The position numbers and the translations under genes were made by a program. The notes under the pieces are model-generated. The model was not told where the DNA came from. It saw only the letters and a program-made list of their open reading frames with translations, and ran no database searches. A stretch of DNA of 64,000 nt, from the sequence record DRR723986_3513; one strand, given 5' to 3'. Shown piece by piece: positions 1 through 10,349 of the stretch. Numbering within the stretch: position 1 is the stretch's first letter; each line of letters begins with the position of its first letter.

Positions 1-235
1 GGCATGCATTGCCGTTCCCGCTTTGGGTTGACGGACGTGGTTCGCGTTTGGCGGCTGATGTAGAGTGCCGCTATCTAGAGGGTGGATCCCGGCAATGATT
101 GTTCGGAACTCGGGGCTATTGGGCTATCCAAAGGCCGGAGCCCGATAGACACCCCTGCCGGTGGCGTCAGCCGGCAATCACTTCCGTCATCGTTGGCCCG
201 ATGTTTCGCATTTGTCCGATAGAAGTGACGATCTC

Positions 236-1306
236 TTAACCCTTGAGTCGCAGGGTCTTCTTCTGTTGCGAACTTTCAAATGCGGTGTCGACGATCTGCT
301 GACCAATTCGGCTCATGTCTGGAGATAGTGGCCCCGCGATTTCGCGACCGTGCTCCAGACAGTCTACAAAATACTGAATTGGGTTTTGGTTCGGTGCAGC
401 AATGTGATCAACGGCTATTTCGCATCCCGCTTGGTTGTCGCGATTTTGAAGTCGGACGGTCGGTTCATAATCGTAGGATGAGATGGTGCCTTCCGTACCA
501 ACGATCACGAAACCACACTTTGGCTGAGGTTGGTGTGTCCAAGGGTCGGTGAAGGTGCCCCATCGGGTTTCAAATTTACTCAATCCAAAGCTGTAGCGTG
601 CGACGGTGACAGAGTGTTCGTCCACTTCCAAGTTTGCAGGTTGATCGACGATTGAGGTGACCTCAAGTGGACGTTCGCCATTGAGAAACCAAGTTCCTAG
701 GGTGACTCCGTAGCCAAGGTAATCCAAGAGCGACCCACCACCGCGCTCGGCAGAGTAAAACCAACTCGTCGGTTTCTCGCGGGCGACATCCTCTGCCGTC
801 AATTCACGGCGGTTGGCCGTATGCCAAAGCGGGCCTCGGTTTCCGTCGTAGTAGTGAACTTCTCGGACCTGTCCGATAGCTCCTTCCTGCACAAGTCGGT
901 GCGTCGTTCGGTGACTTGGCACCCAAACTAGTGGCCAGTTGATTGCCAAAACCACGTCATGGCGACGGCAGGTTTCGATCATGCGGTCGGCATCTTCGAG
1001 TGAACTGGCAAAGGGTTTCTCAAGGAGGATTGGCAAACCGAAGGGAGCCAGGCGTTCGATCCAGATCCCGTGGTCGCCAGTGGCCGGACACAGGATCAAA
1101 AAATCTGGTCGTGCGGCTTCGATGCAATGCTCCCAGGATGCAAACACTTGTGATTCCGCCAGGCCTAGCGTCCGTTGCGCCTCCTGCATGCGGCTGTGGT
1201 CGCTATCGCATATACCAACAACTTCACAGTCGGGATGTTCATCGGCCAACCGTAGGTTGTCGAGCATATGCATGTGTTCAAAGGAAATTCCGGCAACTCG
1301 ATACAT
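236..1306 (-). CDS. Gfo/Idh/MocA family NAD(P)-dependent oxidoreductase
   Basis: N-terminal Rossmann-like start, 'LLEKPFA' motif, 'GGSLLDYLGY' motif; 356 aa. Confidence 0.9.
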   Translation of the reverse strand: MYRVAGISFEHMHMLDNLRLADEHPDCEVVGICDSDHSRMQEAQRTLGLAESQVFASWEHCIEAARPDFLILCPATGDHGIWIERLAPFGLPILLEKPFASSLEDADRMIETCRRHDVVLAINWPLVWVPSHRTTHRLVQEGAIGQVREVHYYDGNRGPLWHTANRRELTAEDVAREKPTSWFYSAERGGGSLLDYLGYGVTLGTWFLNGERPLEVTSIVDQPANLEVDEHSVTVARYSFGLSKFETRWGTFTDPWTHQPQPKCGFVIVGTEGTISSYDYEPTVRLQNRDNQAGCEIAVDHIAAPNQNPIQYFVDCLEHGREIAGPLSPDMSRIGQQIVDTAFESSQQKKTLRLKG

Positions 1307-1310
1307 CGAT

Positions 1311-4300
1311 TTACACCTCCCGCTGAATCTTCAGGGCCCATTTCTTGACGCGGTCAGCAAGTTCGATGACGAGCGAAGTTTCCGAGGATAGAGATTGCAT
1401 CTGCTCTTCTTTAGCCTGGCGTTCTAGTCTCTCGGCGTAGGATGCGGGTTCTTGTAGGCCGACCTGCCGGAGATTGCTTTTCAAAGTGTGAATGGCGCGT
1501 CGGGCGGCACGCGCGTCCGAAGCTTGTACTTTTTCTTCGAACTCTGCCGCCAGACGTGGAACCTCCCGTCCCAGTAGCCGAAGTACGTCTTTGGCTAGCT
1601 CAGGGTTGCCGTGCAGCATCTCAACAAGTTTGGCAGCGTCGGGCGCGTTGGTAAATGCATCATCAATTTGAAATGCTGTGCTGCCCTCTGCTTCCGAGCT
1701 CTCAGCCCCTTCGACAGGATTAAGTGCAGCATCTTGTGCAGCAGGTCCGCCAAGCACAGAGTCAATTGCCTCACGCAGGTGATCCAGGTTCACTGGTTTG
1801 ACCAAGAATAGGTTCATTCCGGCATCGGCGCATCGTTGCTTGTCTTCAGCAGAGGCGTGCGCTGTCAGCGCGCAAATTGCTTGGCGACGCACGTCGGGGT
1901 TCTGTGAGTTGCGGATCTGTTCTGTCGCCTGATAGCCGTCCAGGATTGGCATCTGGATGTCCATTAAGACAAGATCAAATCGATTGTCCTCACATGCTTG
2001 CACCGCCTCTTCGCCGTTCTTGGCAAGCGATATGTCGTGCCCTAATCCCCGCAGCATGTCGGCGATGACGGTTTGGTTGATCAAACTGTCTTCGACTAAG
2101 AGTATCTTGCCCGTCCGCCGGCTTGGCTTGATCCGCGTGCGCGCGTTGTCGTTGTCCCCTGCAGCGGTGTTCACTGTCAAGGCGCTTTCCAATTGTCGGC
2201 GACTCGACGGACGGGCTAACCACTGGTAATCAGCGTGACGAAGCCAGATAGGCACCTCGTCCGGCACAACATTCGCAAGCGGATTGAGAAGCAACCACTT
2301 CACAACAACAGGCGCGTTGAAATTCTCAGTGTCGGCGATCTCATTGTATTCTGCCAACACAATCGTATGGTTACCGGCAGCAAAAAGATGCGGCAGAGTC
2401 GATGACTTGGACCAGCCCGTTAGTTCCTTGGGCGAAACGCAAACGGCTTGGTAGCCTAGGCGTTGAACTTCGCGTTTGAGTAGGTCGCGCGACTCACCTG
2501 GAGGCATGCCGATGACGACCGTTTCAACTTTTGAGCCCGGATGCAGGTTGTCGCTTTTACTCGAGACGGCCAGAGGCAATTCGATGAAGAAGCAGCTTCC
2601 TTGTGTAAGTTCTCCATTCATTCGCCGTGCGTCGGTAACGCCAATTGTGCCGCCCATTTTTCGCACAAGGTCGCGACAGATCGTCAACCCAAGCCCTGTT
2701 CCGCCGAATCGCCGAGTTGTTCCGCTGTCGGCCTGGCGAAAGGCGTCAAAAATGAAGCGACGCTGATCGGCCGGGACACCGATTCCACTGTCGTGTACCT
2801 CGATACGGCAACGGCTGACCGGCCCCGATGCAGTATCCTGAGACGGCTTCGAGGGTGTGGTTTGTTCCTCGGCGGAAAACTCTAGAGCGACACGAATCTG
2901 GCCCTTTTCTGTAAACTTTATGGCATTGCTCAGGAGGTTCAGGATGATCTGCTTGATCCTGTGACCATCAGCAAGAATAGGCGGAAGTGCTGATTCAGGC
3001 AGGTCGACAAGCAGTTCGAGGCCCTTCATCTGCGCCCTGGCCGCCATCGAAATTGCGGCATCTTCGACGGCGCTGACTAGGTTGATTTCAGTCACCTCAA
3101 TCTCAAGGTGGCCGGCTTCGATCTTGGAAAAGTCAAGTAGGTCGTTAATCAGTGTCAGTAGGTTGGACGCGGAGATCTTGGCAAGTTGAATGTAGTTGCG
3201 CTGTCGTGTGTCGAGCGAACTTGCTCCTAGCAAATCTTGCAGGCCCATGATGCCTGTAAGAGGAGTTCTGAGTTCGTGGCTAACGTTGGCGACGAACTCA
3301 GTCTTCGTAACGTTCGCCCGCTCGGCGGCCTCTTTGGCGCTGCGAAGTTCTTGTTCAAACTTCTTGCGGCGCGAAATGTCTCGAATAAAGATGGCCCAGC
3401 CCGTTGATTCATCAATCTGCAACGGGTGGGCAGAGATTTCAGCGTCAAACCAGGCAGCGTCTCGTCGGCGAAGTTTGACTTCGATGCGTCGCCCTGTACA
3501 TTCACGCAAGACGGATTCTATGGAGGTGCGTCGTTGGAAGACTGCCTCTCCGACTGTTTCGTCGCCGCGCCGGCCTCCCGCACTAGCGACTTTCGTTTCC
3601 ATGATCTCCCCGATGGGCGGATGCTGCGCGACCTCGTCTCCCGTATAGCCGAGAATGGATTGGCTGGCGGGATTCGCATCCAGTACATGGCCTTCAGAAT
3701 CGACAATCAATACAGCATCTAATGACGCATTGATGAGCGCGTGAGCTCGGGATTCAATGCGTTGTAGTTCTTTTCTGCGAGTGTACTCCTCGGTAACATC
3801 CCAGAAAATACCTTGGACACCGATGATGCTCCCGTCTCGATCTCGAATGGCCGCTTTGCGGACCTGCATGTGAGAACTGTCACCGTTGGGTAACTTCGTC
3901 TCCTCAACGTCGTTAAAGACCTCTCCTGTCGTGATGACGCTCTTGTCATCGTCAACAAACTTCTTGGCAGTTTCACGAGGGAAAAGGTCAAAGTCCGTCT
4001 TGCCCAGAATCTCTTCATACGGCAGTCCGACCAGATTACAAAAGGACTGCGAGACGAATGTGAATCGGCCGGCAGTGTCCTTGAGGACCAAGTGCACCGG
4101 CAGGTGTTCCAGCAGCGTGCGGCGATCGTGGTCCGTTCGTGTAACCGCGTCACGTTCTGCGGCTGCTTGGCTCTCTCGGGCGGCAACGAGTTGTTCGTTG
4201 GTTTTCTTTAGCCGGCCTGCTAATCGTGATTGCGCTTGTTGCGGGCTAAACGGGCTGCGAACGAACAGGAAGTGTGCCAGGCCAATCAAAACATGAGTCG

Positions 4301-4697
4301 CAAATAGGCTGACAATGGCTGAGATATCGACGGTGGTTGTCAGATGCCGAGCCCCAGCCAAAATTGCACACGTTGCCGCAGCGATGACGACCAGGCCGCC
4401 GTGTTTTTGCGTGATCATCAGCGCTACGGCAGTCATTACCACCGGAACGAGAATGACAGAAGCATGGACCGGCCCTAGGACCATCAACGGTAAATGGCTA
4501 ACCATGATGGCTAGCAAGCCGACGTATACGAGGTGCCGCCGGGGGATGAGTTTCAGTATTTGGGTTGGCATTCGCGGTGGGCCGGCTGCTTTGCTCTCTG
4601 GACGATGCTGGTACCGCAATCGTAAGCCATGACGAGCGAAAGTGCGACCATAGTGAGCCTTTGCGACCGCCTGCAGGCGCAAGTTCTCTTGTCGCAA
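1311..4697 (-). CDS. Membrane-bound hybrid sensor histidine kinase/response regulator (TM-PAS-PAS-HisKA-HATPase-degenerate REC-REC-Hpt)
   Basis: H-box 'FVANVSHELRTPL', N-box 'NLLSNAIKFT', G-boxes 'DSGIG' and 'GGTGLGL', receiver 'LVLMDIQMP', Hpt 'IHTLKSN'. True start may be the ATG at 4571 (MPTQIL). Confidence 0.93.
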   Translation of the reverse strand: MRQENLRLQAVAKAHYGRTFARHGLRLRYQHRPESKAAGPPRMPTQILKLIPRRHLVYVGLLAIMVSHLPLMVLGPVHASVILVPVVMTAVALMITQKHGGLVVIAAATCAILAGARHLTTTVDISAIVSLFATHVLIGLAHFLFVRSPFSPQQAQSRLAGRLKKTNEQLVAARESQAAAERDAVTRTDHDRRTLLEHLPVHLVLKDTAGRFTFVSQSFCNLVGLPYEEILGKTDFDLFPRETAKKFVDDDKSVITTGEVFNDVEETKLPNGDSSHMQVRKAAIRDRDGSIIGVQGIFWDVTEEYTRRKELQRIESRAHALINASLDAVLIVDSEGHVLDANPASQSILGYTGDEVAQHPPIGEIMETKVASAGGRRGDETVGEAVFQRRTSIESVLRECTGRRIEVKLRRRDAAWFDAEISAHPLQIDESTGWAIFIRDISRRKKFEQELRSAKEAAERANVTKTEFVANVSHELRTPLTGIMGLQDLLGASSLDTRQRNYIQLAKISASNLLTLINDLLDFSKIEAGHLEIEVTEINLVSAVEDAAISMAARAQMKGLELLVDLPESALPPILADGHRIKQIILNLLSNAIKFTEKGQIRVALEFSAEEQTTPSKPSQDTASGPVSRCRIEVHDSGIGVPADQRRFIFDAFRQADSGTTRRFGGTGLGLTICRDLVRKMGGTIGVTDARRMNGELTQGSCFFIELPLAVSSKSDNLHPGSKVETVVIGMPPGESRDLLKREVQRLGYQAVCVSPKELTGWSKSSTLPHLFAAGNHTIVLAEYNEIADTENFNAPVVVKWLLLNPLANVVPDEVPIWLRHADYQWLARPSSRRQLESALTVNTAAGDNDNARTRIKPSRRTGKILLVEDSLINQTVIADMLRGLGHDISLAKNGEEAVQACEDNRFDLVLMDIQMPILDGYQATEQIRNSQNPDVRRQAICALTAHASAEDKQRCADAGMNLFLVKPVNLDHLREAIDSVLGGPAAQDAALNPVEGAESSEAEGSTAFQIDDAFTNAPDAAKLVEMLHGNPELAKDVLRLLGREVPRLAAEFEEKVQASDARAARRAIHTLKSNLRQVGLQEPASYAERLERQAKEEQMQSLSSETSLVIELADRVKKWALKIQREV

Positions 4698-4713
4698 GAG
4701 CAGAAGGAATTAC

Positions 4714-5403
4714 CTAGGTATCGTGCTGGTCGGAGACCTCGGTCAGCACGGCGGCAAACTCGGCCAGGATGATCGCAGTCGCCCCCCAAACGAAGTCCTT
4801 GCCGACGACGAATCCAGGGGCAGACCACGAAACGCCCTGTCGATCGTAGGAGCGGATTTCAATATCCATATTGCGAAGCGTATCCAACGGCATGTACAAG
4901 ATCCGCTCCACCTCATTCTGTTCTGGAGAATAATTCATCGCGCGACCTGTGCTTACAAATGCTTGCACATGGTAATCGCTGTTGTAGACGTAGATTGGAC
5001 TCAGCGTCCCAAGCAACTGACCATTGAATGCATCGACGCAGAGCTCTTCGCAGAACTCTCGTTCGGCCGCCTGCAAGTGAGTTTCTCCAACTTCGACCCT
5101 GCCGCCCGGTAGCGAGATCTGTCCAGGATGATCCGGTAGCCTCCGGTCACGAACCGTCAGAGGAATGCACCACTGTTCGGATTCGTCATTCGATAGAACA
5201 CGTCGCTCAACGCGGAGCATCACCGCGGCTGGTTTGCTGGATGGAAAAGCTGGACCAAAGTGCCGGCCGTACGAAAGCCCTGGACTTAGCCGCTGGCGAA
5301 ATCCTAGTCTCCGGGCTTGCCGGGTTCGAACTAACGGTTGCACTCGAAGTGCTTCCTTCAGGTGAGCCAGCAGAGATTTCGTTTCCGGGGATTTTGTTTC
5401 CAT
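4714..5403 (-). CDS. NUDIX hydrolase, CoA pyrophosphatase (NudL/Pcd1-like)
   Basis: 'HPGQISLPGGRVEVGETHLQAAEREFCEEL' Nudix box with the CoAse upstream motif; C-terminal 'VWGATAIIL'. Confidence 0.88.
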   Translation of the reverse strand: METKSPETKSLLAHLKEALRVQPLVRTRQARRLGFRQRLSPGLSYGRHFGPAFPSSKPAAVMLRVERRVLSNDESEQWCIPLTVRDRRLPDHPGQISLPGGRVEVGETHLQAAEREFCEELCVDAFNGQLLGTLSPIYVYNSDYHVQAFVSTGRAMNYSPEQNEVERILYMPLDTLRNMDIEIRSYDRQGVSWSAPGFVVGKDFVWGATAIILAEFAAVLTEVSDQHDT

Positions 5404-5565
5404 GTGGCCAAACCGCTCTCAGTTTTTCGTACAATGGCGAACAACGTGCCGAGATGTTGCAATTTCACCGGCCCTTTTCGGCCGCAGGTTTGGTATAGCA
5501 ATTGCAACGCCTCAACCAATCAGGATCAGATCGTTTGTAGGGATCCTCAAGATTGGGGGCAAGGC

Positions 5566-5946
5566 ATGGCTTTTTTTCAGAACACTCCAACCGATGCGAA
5601 GGTAGCTCAAGTAATGCTCCGTGACCTACTGCAGGATGCTGAAGCGAGGCTCGCAAAGGGGACTGTGTTAACGGTGTCGGTTCGTCCGGTATCGGATGTT
5701 GATGGTCGCGATTTGAACGCTCTGCTGCGGTTGTACTTGAAGGTCTCTGATGTTGGGGGCAAGCTGGTGCTCCGCGATGTCGCTCCCAAACTGGCAGAAA
5801 AGCTCAGACTGACGCGGATGGGCCAGCTCGTTGATGTTGATATGCCGCACACAAATTCGGCATCAAATGCCCAAGCCAACAGCAACCGCGGCAAGCTCTT
5901 CGAAATTTCCCAACCCACCGTGCCACTTTTTTTCGACCGCGCTTGA
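5566..5946 (+). CDS. STAS-like (anti-sigma-factor antagonist-like) protein
   Basis: 'VSDVDGRDLNALLRLYLKVSDVGGKLVLRDVAPKLAEKLRLTRMGQL' follows the STAS pattern. Start placed at ATG 5566 because the ORF-track start (5338) overlaps the NUDIX gene. Confidence 0.6.
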   Translation: MAFFQNTPTDAKVAQVMLRDLLQDAEARLAKGTVLTVSVRPVSDVDGRDLNALLRLYLKVSDVGGKLVLRDVAPKLAEKLRLTRMGQLVDVDMPHTNSASNAQANSNRGKLFEISQPTVPLFFDRA

Positions 5947-5989
5947 GCCACGCACGACGCTGCTTGACCAGATCTTGTAGCGTGCCATC

Positions 5990-7297
5990 TTACGTCGAAG
6001 TGTCTGTTTCTGAATAGATTTCGCTCCATCCCGCAAGCCAATTGATGGCTTGGTGTCGTTCAGTAGCTGTACTGCTAGCGCGGTCGAGCGCTTCGACGTC
6101 CGCTTTGTCGATTCGAACTCCACCAAGTGCCAGGTCGCCGCGCACAATATTAAAGCGGCTGATATCGAAGCTTCCGAACCAGCACTCACGCGAGAACTTT
6201 ACGAAGTCCATCTTCTTTGGTCGAAGCGAGAAGTCTCGAAGTCGCCAGTGGAAAGCAAGCAGATGCTCCATCATGGCTTGGATCTCGGATTCGTCCCGCA
6301 ATGTCGGCGACGCCAGAATCTTCGATGACAACTCTGGATCGAAAATCCCAAGTTGCTGATAGAGTTCTGGAGGATTAACAAGTTCGTCGTAGGGAGGCGG
6401 CTCAGCAAGCCCTAGTGCCCAGGCCAAGATCACCAAACCTTCGACGCGCCACATGGCATCGATCAGGTCCTGTTCCTCAAGTCTTCCGACGGGGCGTTGA
6501 AGCACTTTCCATTCCTGTGGCTCCAGTTCCTCTCCGATTCCTAATTCTTCCACCCAGGTGATAAGACGCTCGCGGTGCATGTCAGCGTCTTCGACCCCTT
6601 GATGGCGATTGTCAATTTCAAGTGTGGCTCGCGCGCAGACGGCCGTCATTGCCAGTGTTCGTCGCGCAACACGGTCTGGGGTTGGCGGGTCAGTGGCATC
6701 TTCATCGCCGTCTTCATCTTCACCGGCGAATACCACGTCATCTACGTCAAGTAATTCTTCATCGGGTGGTATCTGTGGCAGGACGGCATCCGGTGACTGC
6801 TCACTACCTTCGGCTCCCAACAAAATTCGACCTCGGCAGTCTCGGAGTGCGGACGGCAAGAAAAATACACCATCCAAGTGTTCGCAGATCGCGAACAGAT
6901 GCTCAAGCCTGGGGTCAGATGATTCAATATCCAGGTCTTCGACCGGCACAGAAATGCTGAATCGAAACGATCGGATGAGTCGGAAAATATCCTTCTGCGC
7001 TGGAGTCTCAGGAAAGTTGGAAAAGTAGCCCAGCATTCCCAATACCTGACGTGACCAGTCATCTCCATCGTAGTACTCACGGTGATGGCCAAGCACCAAT
7101 TGCTTGCCCCGTTTTAGAAATCCACCGCCAATTGGCGTGAAAGCGATTGTTTCCCAGTCGTCCCCTGGGCCAGCAATTTGTCCGCCAGTAATTTGCGCAC
7201 CGGTAACTTTGGCACCTGGATCACGCTTCAGAGCTAGTTTTGCGACCCCTGATGGATCGATTCGATGGGAAAAGATGTTGATCGGTTCCGTTGCCAT
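5990..7297 (-). CDS. DUF4272 domain-containing protein
   Basis: C-terminal 'WRVEGLVILAWALG...LLAFHWRLR...ERHQAINWL...ETDTST' is typical of DUF4272. Confidence 0.75.
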   Translation of the reverse strand: MATEPINIFSHRIDPSGVAKLALKRDPGAKVTGAQITGGQIAGPGDDWETIAFTPIGGGFLKRGKQLVLGHHREYYDGDDWSRQVLGMLGYFSNFPETPAQKDIFRLIRSFRFSISVPVEDLDIESSDPRLEHLFAICEHLDGVFFLPSALRDCRGRILLGAEGSEQSPDAVLPQIPPDEELLDVDDVVFAGEDEDGDEDATDPPTPDRVARRTLAMTAVCARATLEIDNRHQGVEDADMHRERLITWVEELGIGEELEPQEWKVLQRPVGRLEEQDLIDAMWRVEGLVILAWALGLAEPPPYDELVNPPELYQQLGIFDPELSSKILASPTLRDESEIQAMMEHLLAFHWRLRDFSLRPKKMDFVKFSRECWFGSFDISRFNIVRGDLALGGVRIDKADVEALDRASSTATERHQAINWLAGWSEIYSETDTST

Positions 7298-7412
7298 GAC
7301 GTATTCCTCCCGATGTAGTCAGTCTGTGCGCATAACAGTGTCTCACAACGGAGACCTAATTGCTACACCGCAGGCTGTGGTGCTTTTGATGGAAGGCGAT
7401 TGCAACGGCGAC

Positions 7413-9425
7413 CTAGCGAACCAATAGAGGCGGCATGGGGCAATCCAGCAAGTCAGAAATTCCGCGGAGTAGTTCAGCTTCCTGCCAAGTGACATTATTG
7501 TCGGCGCAGATAGAGGCGGCACATGCATCCACGATTCGCCCACGTTCTCTGGCTACCACGGTGACTAAAACCGAGAGCGCAGCACGAAGATCGTCAAATG
7601 ATTTGTTCGTTGCCGGGAACTGCTGCAGTTGCAATTCCGGCAGGTGGCTCGCCCCTCGCGCGAATGAGAGCTGTGCTGTTGCTTCATCATTGCCAGCAGC
7701 AGCAACGACGCTTAGCAGCTTGGAGATCGGTTCACCGAGTTGCTGGATGCTGTAGTACTGGATGCCCGGTGCACGCATCTTCTCAAATTGGGGTTGGAGG
7801 TGTCGCATCAGAACTTGCGAGAGCGTCCATTCGAACAGATCGATTCTTGAGTCTGCTTCGGCAAGCTTTACGAAGCAGACACGGAATTCGTCGTACTGGC
7901 TTCGGCACATCGAACGGAGTGACGAAAGCGCCATGTCGACAAGTGGCAGTCGTGTTCGCACATCAAGTTGGTCGACAATCTTGATCAGCTTTGCAACCTC
8001 ACGAACCAGATCGATGGGAGCATTCGCGTGCAAGATTTCAATTTGCTTTTTGCGGATGCCGCGATCCGTGTCCATCAGCAGGCAATACACTAAAGCTCTG
8101 GCTGAGTAAGGCTCGTGCACAGCGTCGAGAATGACTGGCGGTAGACCGGCAATCAGTTCACTCGCGTAGTGTCGATGTCCCTCATTCGGTTCGCCCACAT
8201 GTTCAACGGCGTGGTCGACAATGTCGATTGGTACTTCGGTGCGGGGGGACGCGGATGGGCCCGCTGTCTGTTGAGCTGCTGGTTGAGCTGCTGGGCTGCC
8301 GGTCGATGAAGCGGCCGTTGGCGTTCCCGCGAAACCTGCCGCGGCTGCGCCAAGGCCCGAAGTTGAGCTTCTTGCTTCGGAAACAAGCTTGCCGTCCCAG
8401 TTCGGCTCGATGGCTCGGATGCGTTTTTCCAGTGGCGGGTGCGTCGCCCAGAGCCCAGAAAACCCTTCCCAAACGCCCTGCGAGAAGTACATATGACTCG
8501 CTTCTGCGGCTGAGGCTGCCTTTAGTTGCGATCCGGCTGCATAGCCCCCGATCCGCTTGAGTGCTCCGGAAATGCCCGCCGGATTGCGTGTAAACTGGAC
8601 GGCCGACGCGTCTGCTAAGTACTCGCGTTGTCGTGAAACGGCCGCTTTGATTAGGTTGCCGAAAAACGTTCCAACGAATCCGAGAATCAGCAATGCAACA
8701 CCAATGGCCATGATCACAAGGATCGCCTGGCCTCCGCCGCTGTTGCCGTTTGAATTGTTACTTCGTCGTCGGCTACCACCTGAGTAAAGAAACATGCGGA
8801 AAATCAATTGCCCGACGAGGCCGATGAGCAGGATGCCATGCAACACACCGATGAGCCGAATGCTCATTCTCATGTCACCGTTCAGCACGTGACTGAATTC
8901 GTGTGCAATGACTCCTTGTAGCTCATCTCGAGTCAGTTGTTCGGCGCATCCCCGTGTCACGCCCAAAACCGCGTCGCTGGGAGAGTAGCCTGCTGCAAAG
9001 GCGTTGATGCCTTCTTCGGGCAGCATGAAGACGGGCGGTACGGGTGTGCCAGATGCTAACGCCATTTCCTCAACAACATTGAGAAGCCGCTTCTCAACTG
9101 CGTCTGCTGTGTTGGGGTAAATCCTACGGCCGCCCAAGCTCTCCGCGACGCGCGTGCCGCCGCCCGACTGAAGATCAAAGACTTTGAAGAGAGTTCCACC
9201 CGAGATGATGACCAGTGTAATGATCCCGGCAATTGCCGGAACCATCCACTGCTCGGGATGTTGACTGAAATCCAGCGATTCCCCCTTCAGTTGCGTCTGC
9301 ATGACCACCGAGGTGACAACGACAACGACAGCAACGATGGAAACGACGGCCAGCAGAAACATGCTGACAAGCCAGGTCGTGCTTCGTCGAGCTTCGGACT
9401 GACGTTGGAAGAAATCGGTTGCCAT
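7413..9425 (-). CDS. M48 family (HtpX-like) membrane zinc metalloprotease, long form
   Basis: 'INAFAAG', 'AHEFSH' (HExxH), 'SRQREYLADA', 'THPP'; TM helices; ~250-aa C-terminal extension; lies downstream of lemA. Confidence 0.92.
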   Translation of the reverse strand: MATDFFQRQSEARRSTTWLVSMFLLAVVSIVAVVVVVTSVVMQTQLKGESLDFSQHPEQWMVPAIAGIITLVIISGGTLFKVFDLQSGGGTRVAESLGGRRIYPNTADAVEKRLLNVVEEMALASGTPVPPVFMLPEEGINAFAAGYSPSDAVLGVTRGCAEQLTRDELQGVIAHEFSHVLNGDMRMSIRLIGVLHGILLIGLVGQLIFRMFLYSGGSRRRSNNSNGNSGGGQAILVIMAIGVALLILGFVGTFFGNLIKAAVSRQREYLADASAVQFTRNPAGISGALKRIGGYAAGSQLKAASAAEASHMYFSQGVWEGFSGLWATHPPLEKRIRAIEPNWDGKLVSEARSSTSGLGAAAAGFAGTPTAASSTGSPAAQPAAQQTAGPSASPRTEVPIDIVDHAVEHVGEPNEGHRHYASELIAGLPPVILDAVHEPYSARALVYCLLMDTDRGIRKKQIEILHANAPIDLVREVAKLIKIVDQLDVRTRLPLVDMALSSLRSMCRSQYDEFRVCFVKLAEADSRIDLFEWTLSQVLMRHLQPQFEKMRAPGIQYYSIQQLGEPISKLLSVVAAAGNDEATAQLSFARGASHLPELQLQQFPATNKSFDDLRAALSVLVTVVARERGRIVDACAASICADNNVTWQEAELLRGISDLLDCPMPPLLVR

Positions 9426-9514
9426 ACTTGCCTGTCACAAATGGAGCCCATCGGCGGCTCTCGGTCCGCCGAGTGAAAGTTGGGAATTCGACGCTCGCCC
9501 AGGGCGGGTGGAGA

Positions 9515-10117
9515 CTAGTCGAAGGAAACCTTGGGGGCTTCTTGGATCTGCTCCTTATCAGCAAACTCGAGCATTTCAGCGCGGTCGGCGTGGCCGAACA
9601 TCCCAGCAACGACTACTGGCGGGAAGGTCTGCTTGTATGTGTTGTAGCTCGTCGCTGAATCGTTGTATGCCTGGCGGGCGAACGAGATCTTATTTTCTGT
9701 CGTTGTCAGTTCCTCGGTAAGCTGCGCCATGTTGTCATTTGCTTTCAGATCCGGGTACGCTTCACTGAGAGCAAACAGGCGTCCAAGTGCACCGGTGAGG
9801 CCAGCTTCAGCGCCGACGAGCGCTTGCATTGCCTGGGCGTCGGTTGGATTGCCGGATGCTTGCTGCAGTCCACCGACCGCCTGGTTCCGAGCATTGATGA
9901 CCGCCTCAAGCGTTTCCCGCTCGTGCTTCATGTACCCCTTTACGGTGTCGACCAAGTTGGGAATTAGGTCGTAGCGTCGCTTCAACTGCACTTCAATCTG
10001 TGCCAATGCGTTCACGGTGCGTTCACGCAAAGTTGTCAGCTTGTTGTAGATCCCCACTATGACGAGAGCGGCAACGACCATCAGGCCAAGAATCACAACG
10101 ACGGGAATCCAAATCAT
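9515..10117 (-). CDS. lemA: LemA family protein
   Basis: N-terminal TM, 'QLKRRYDLIPNLV', 'EAYPDLKAN', 'ENKISFARQAYND'. Confidence 0.95.
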   Translation of the reverse strand: MIWIPVVVILGLMVVAALVIVGIYNKLTTLRERTVNALAQIEVQLKRRYDLIPNLVDTVKGYMKHERETLEAVINARNQAVGGLQQASGNPTDAQAMQALVGAEAGLTGALGRLFALSEAYPDLKANDNMAQLTEELTTTENKISFARQAYNDSATSYNTYKQTFPPVVVAGMFGHADRAEMLEFADKEQIQEAPKVSFD

Positions 10118-10349
10118 ATTTCATCTCCAGGATAGCTGGTGGAAGGACTGCAGCGGCGCAAACGCAAAAGGGCTAACGCGACCGAGACCGCAAATCGGGC
10201 GTGGGGCGACGCAAGAGAGTTTACCCCAAAATGAGGATCTGCAATATCTGCAGCAACGGCGAAGCGCGTGCCCCCAACAACATTGGCCCAAGAATGCAGC
10301 CACTTAGGCGCTATGGCCCTGCCCTGGCTAACGATTGCTCGACGGCCAA

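Noticed and set aside
1..235. Possible gene start or RNA at the left edge
   Set aside because: Too little sequence; no tRNA or known RNA motif recognisable.
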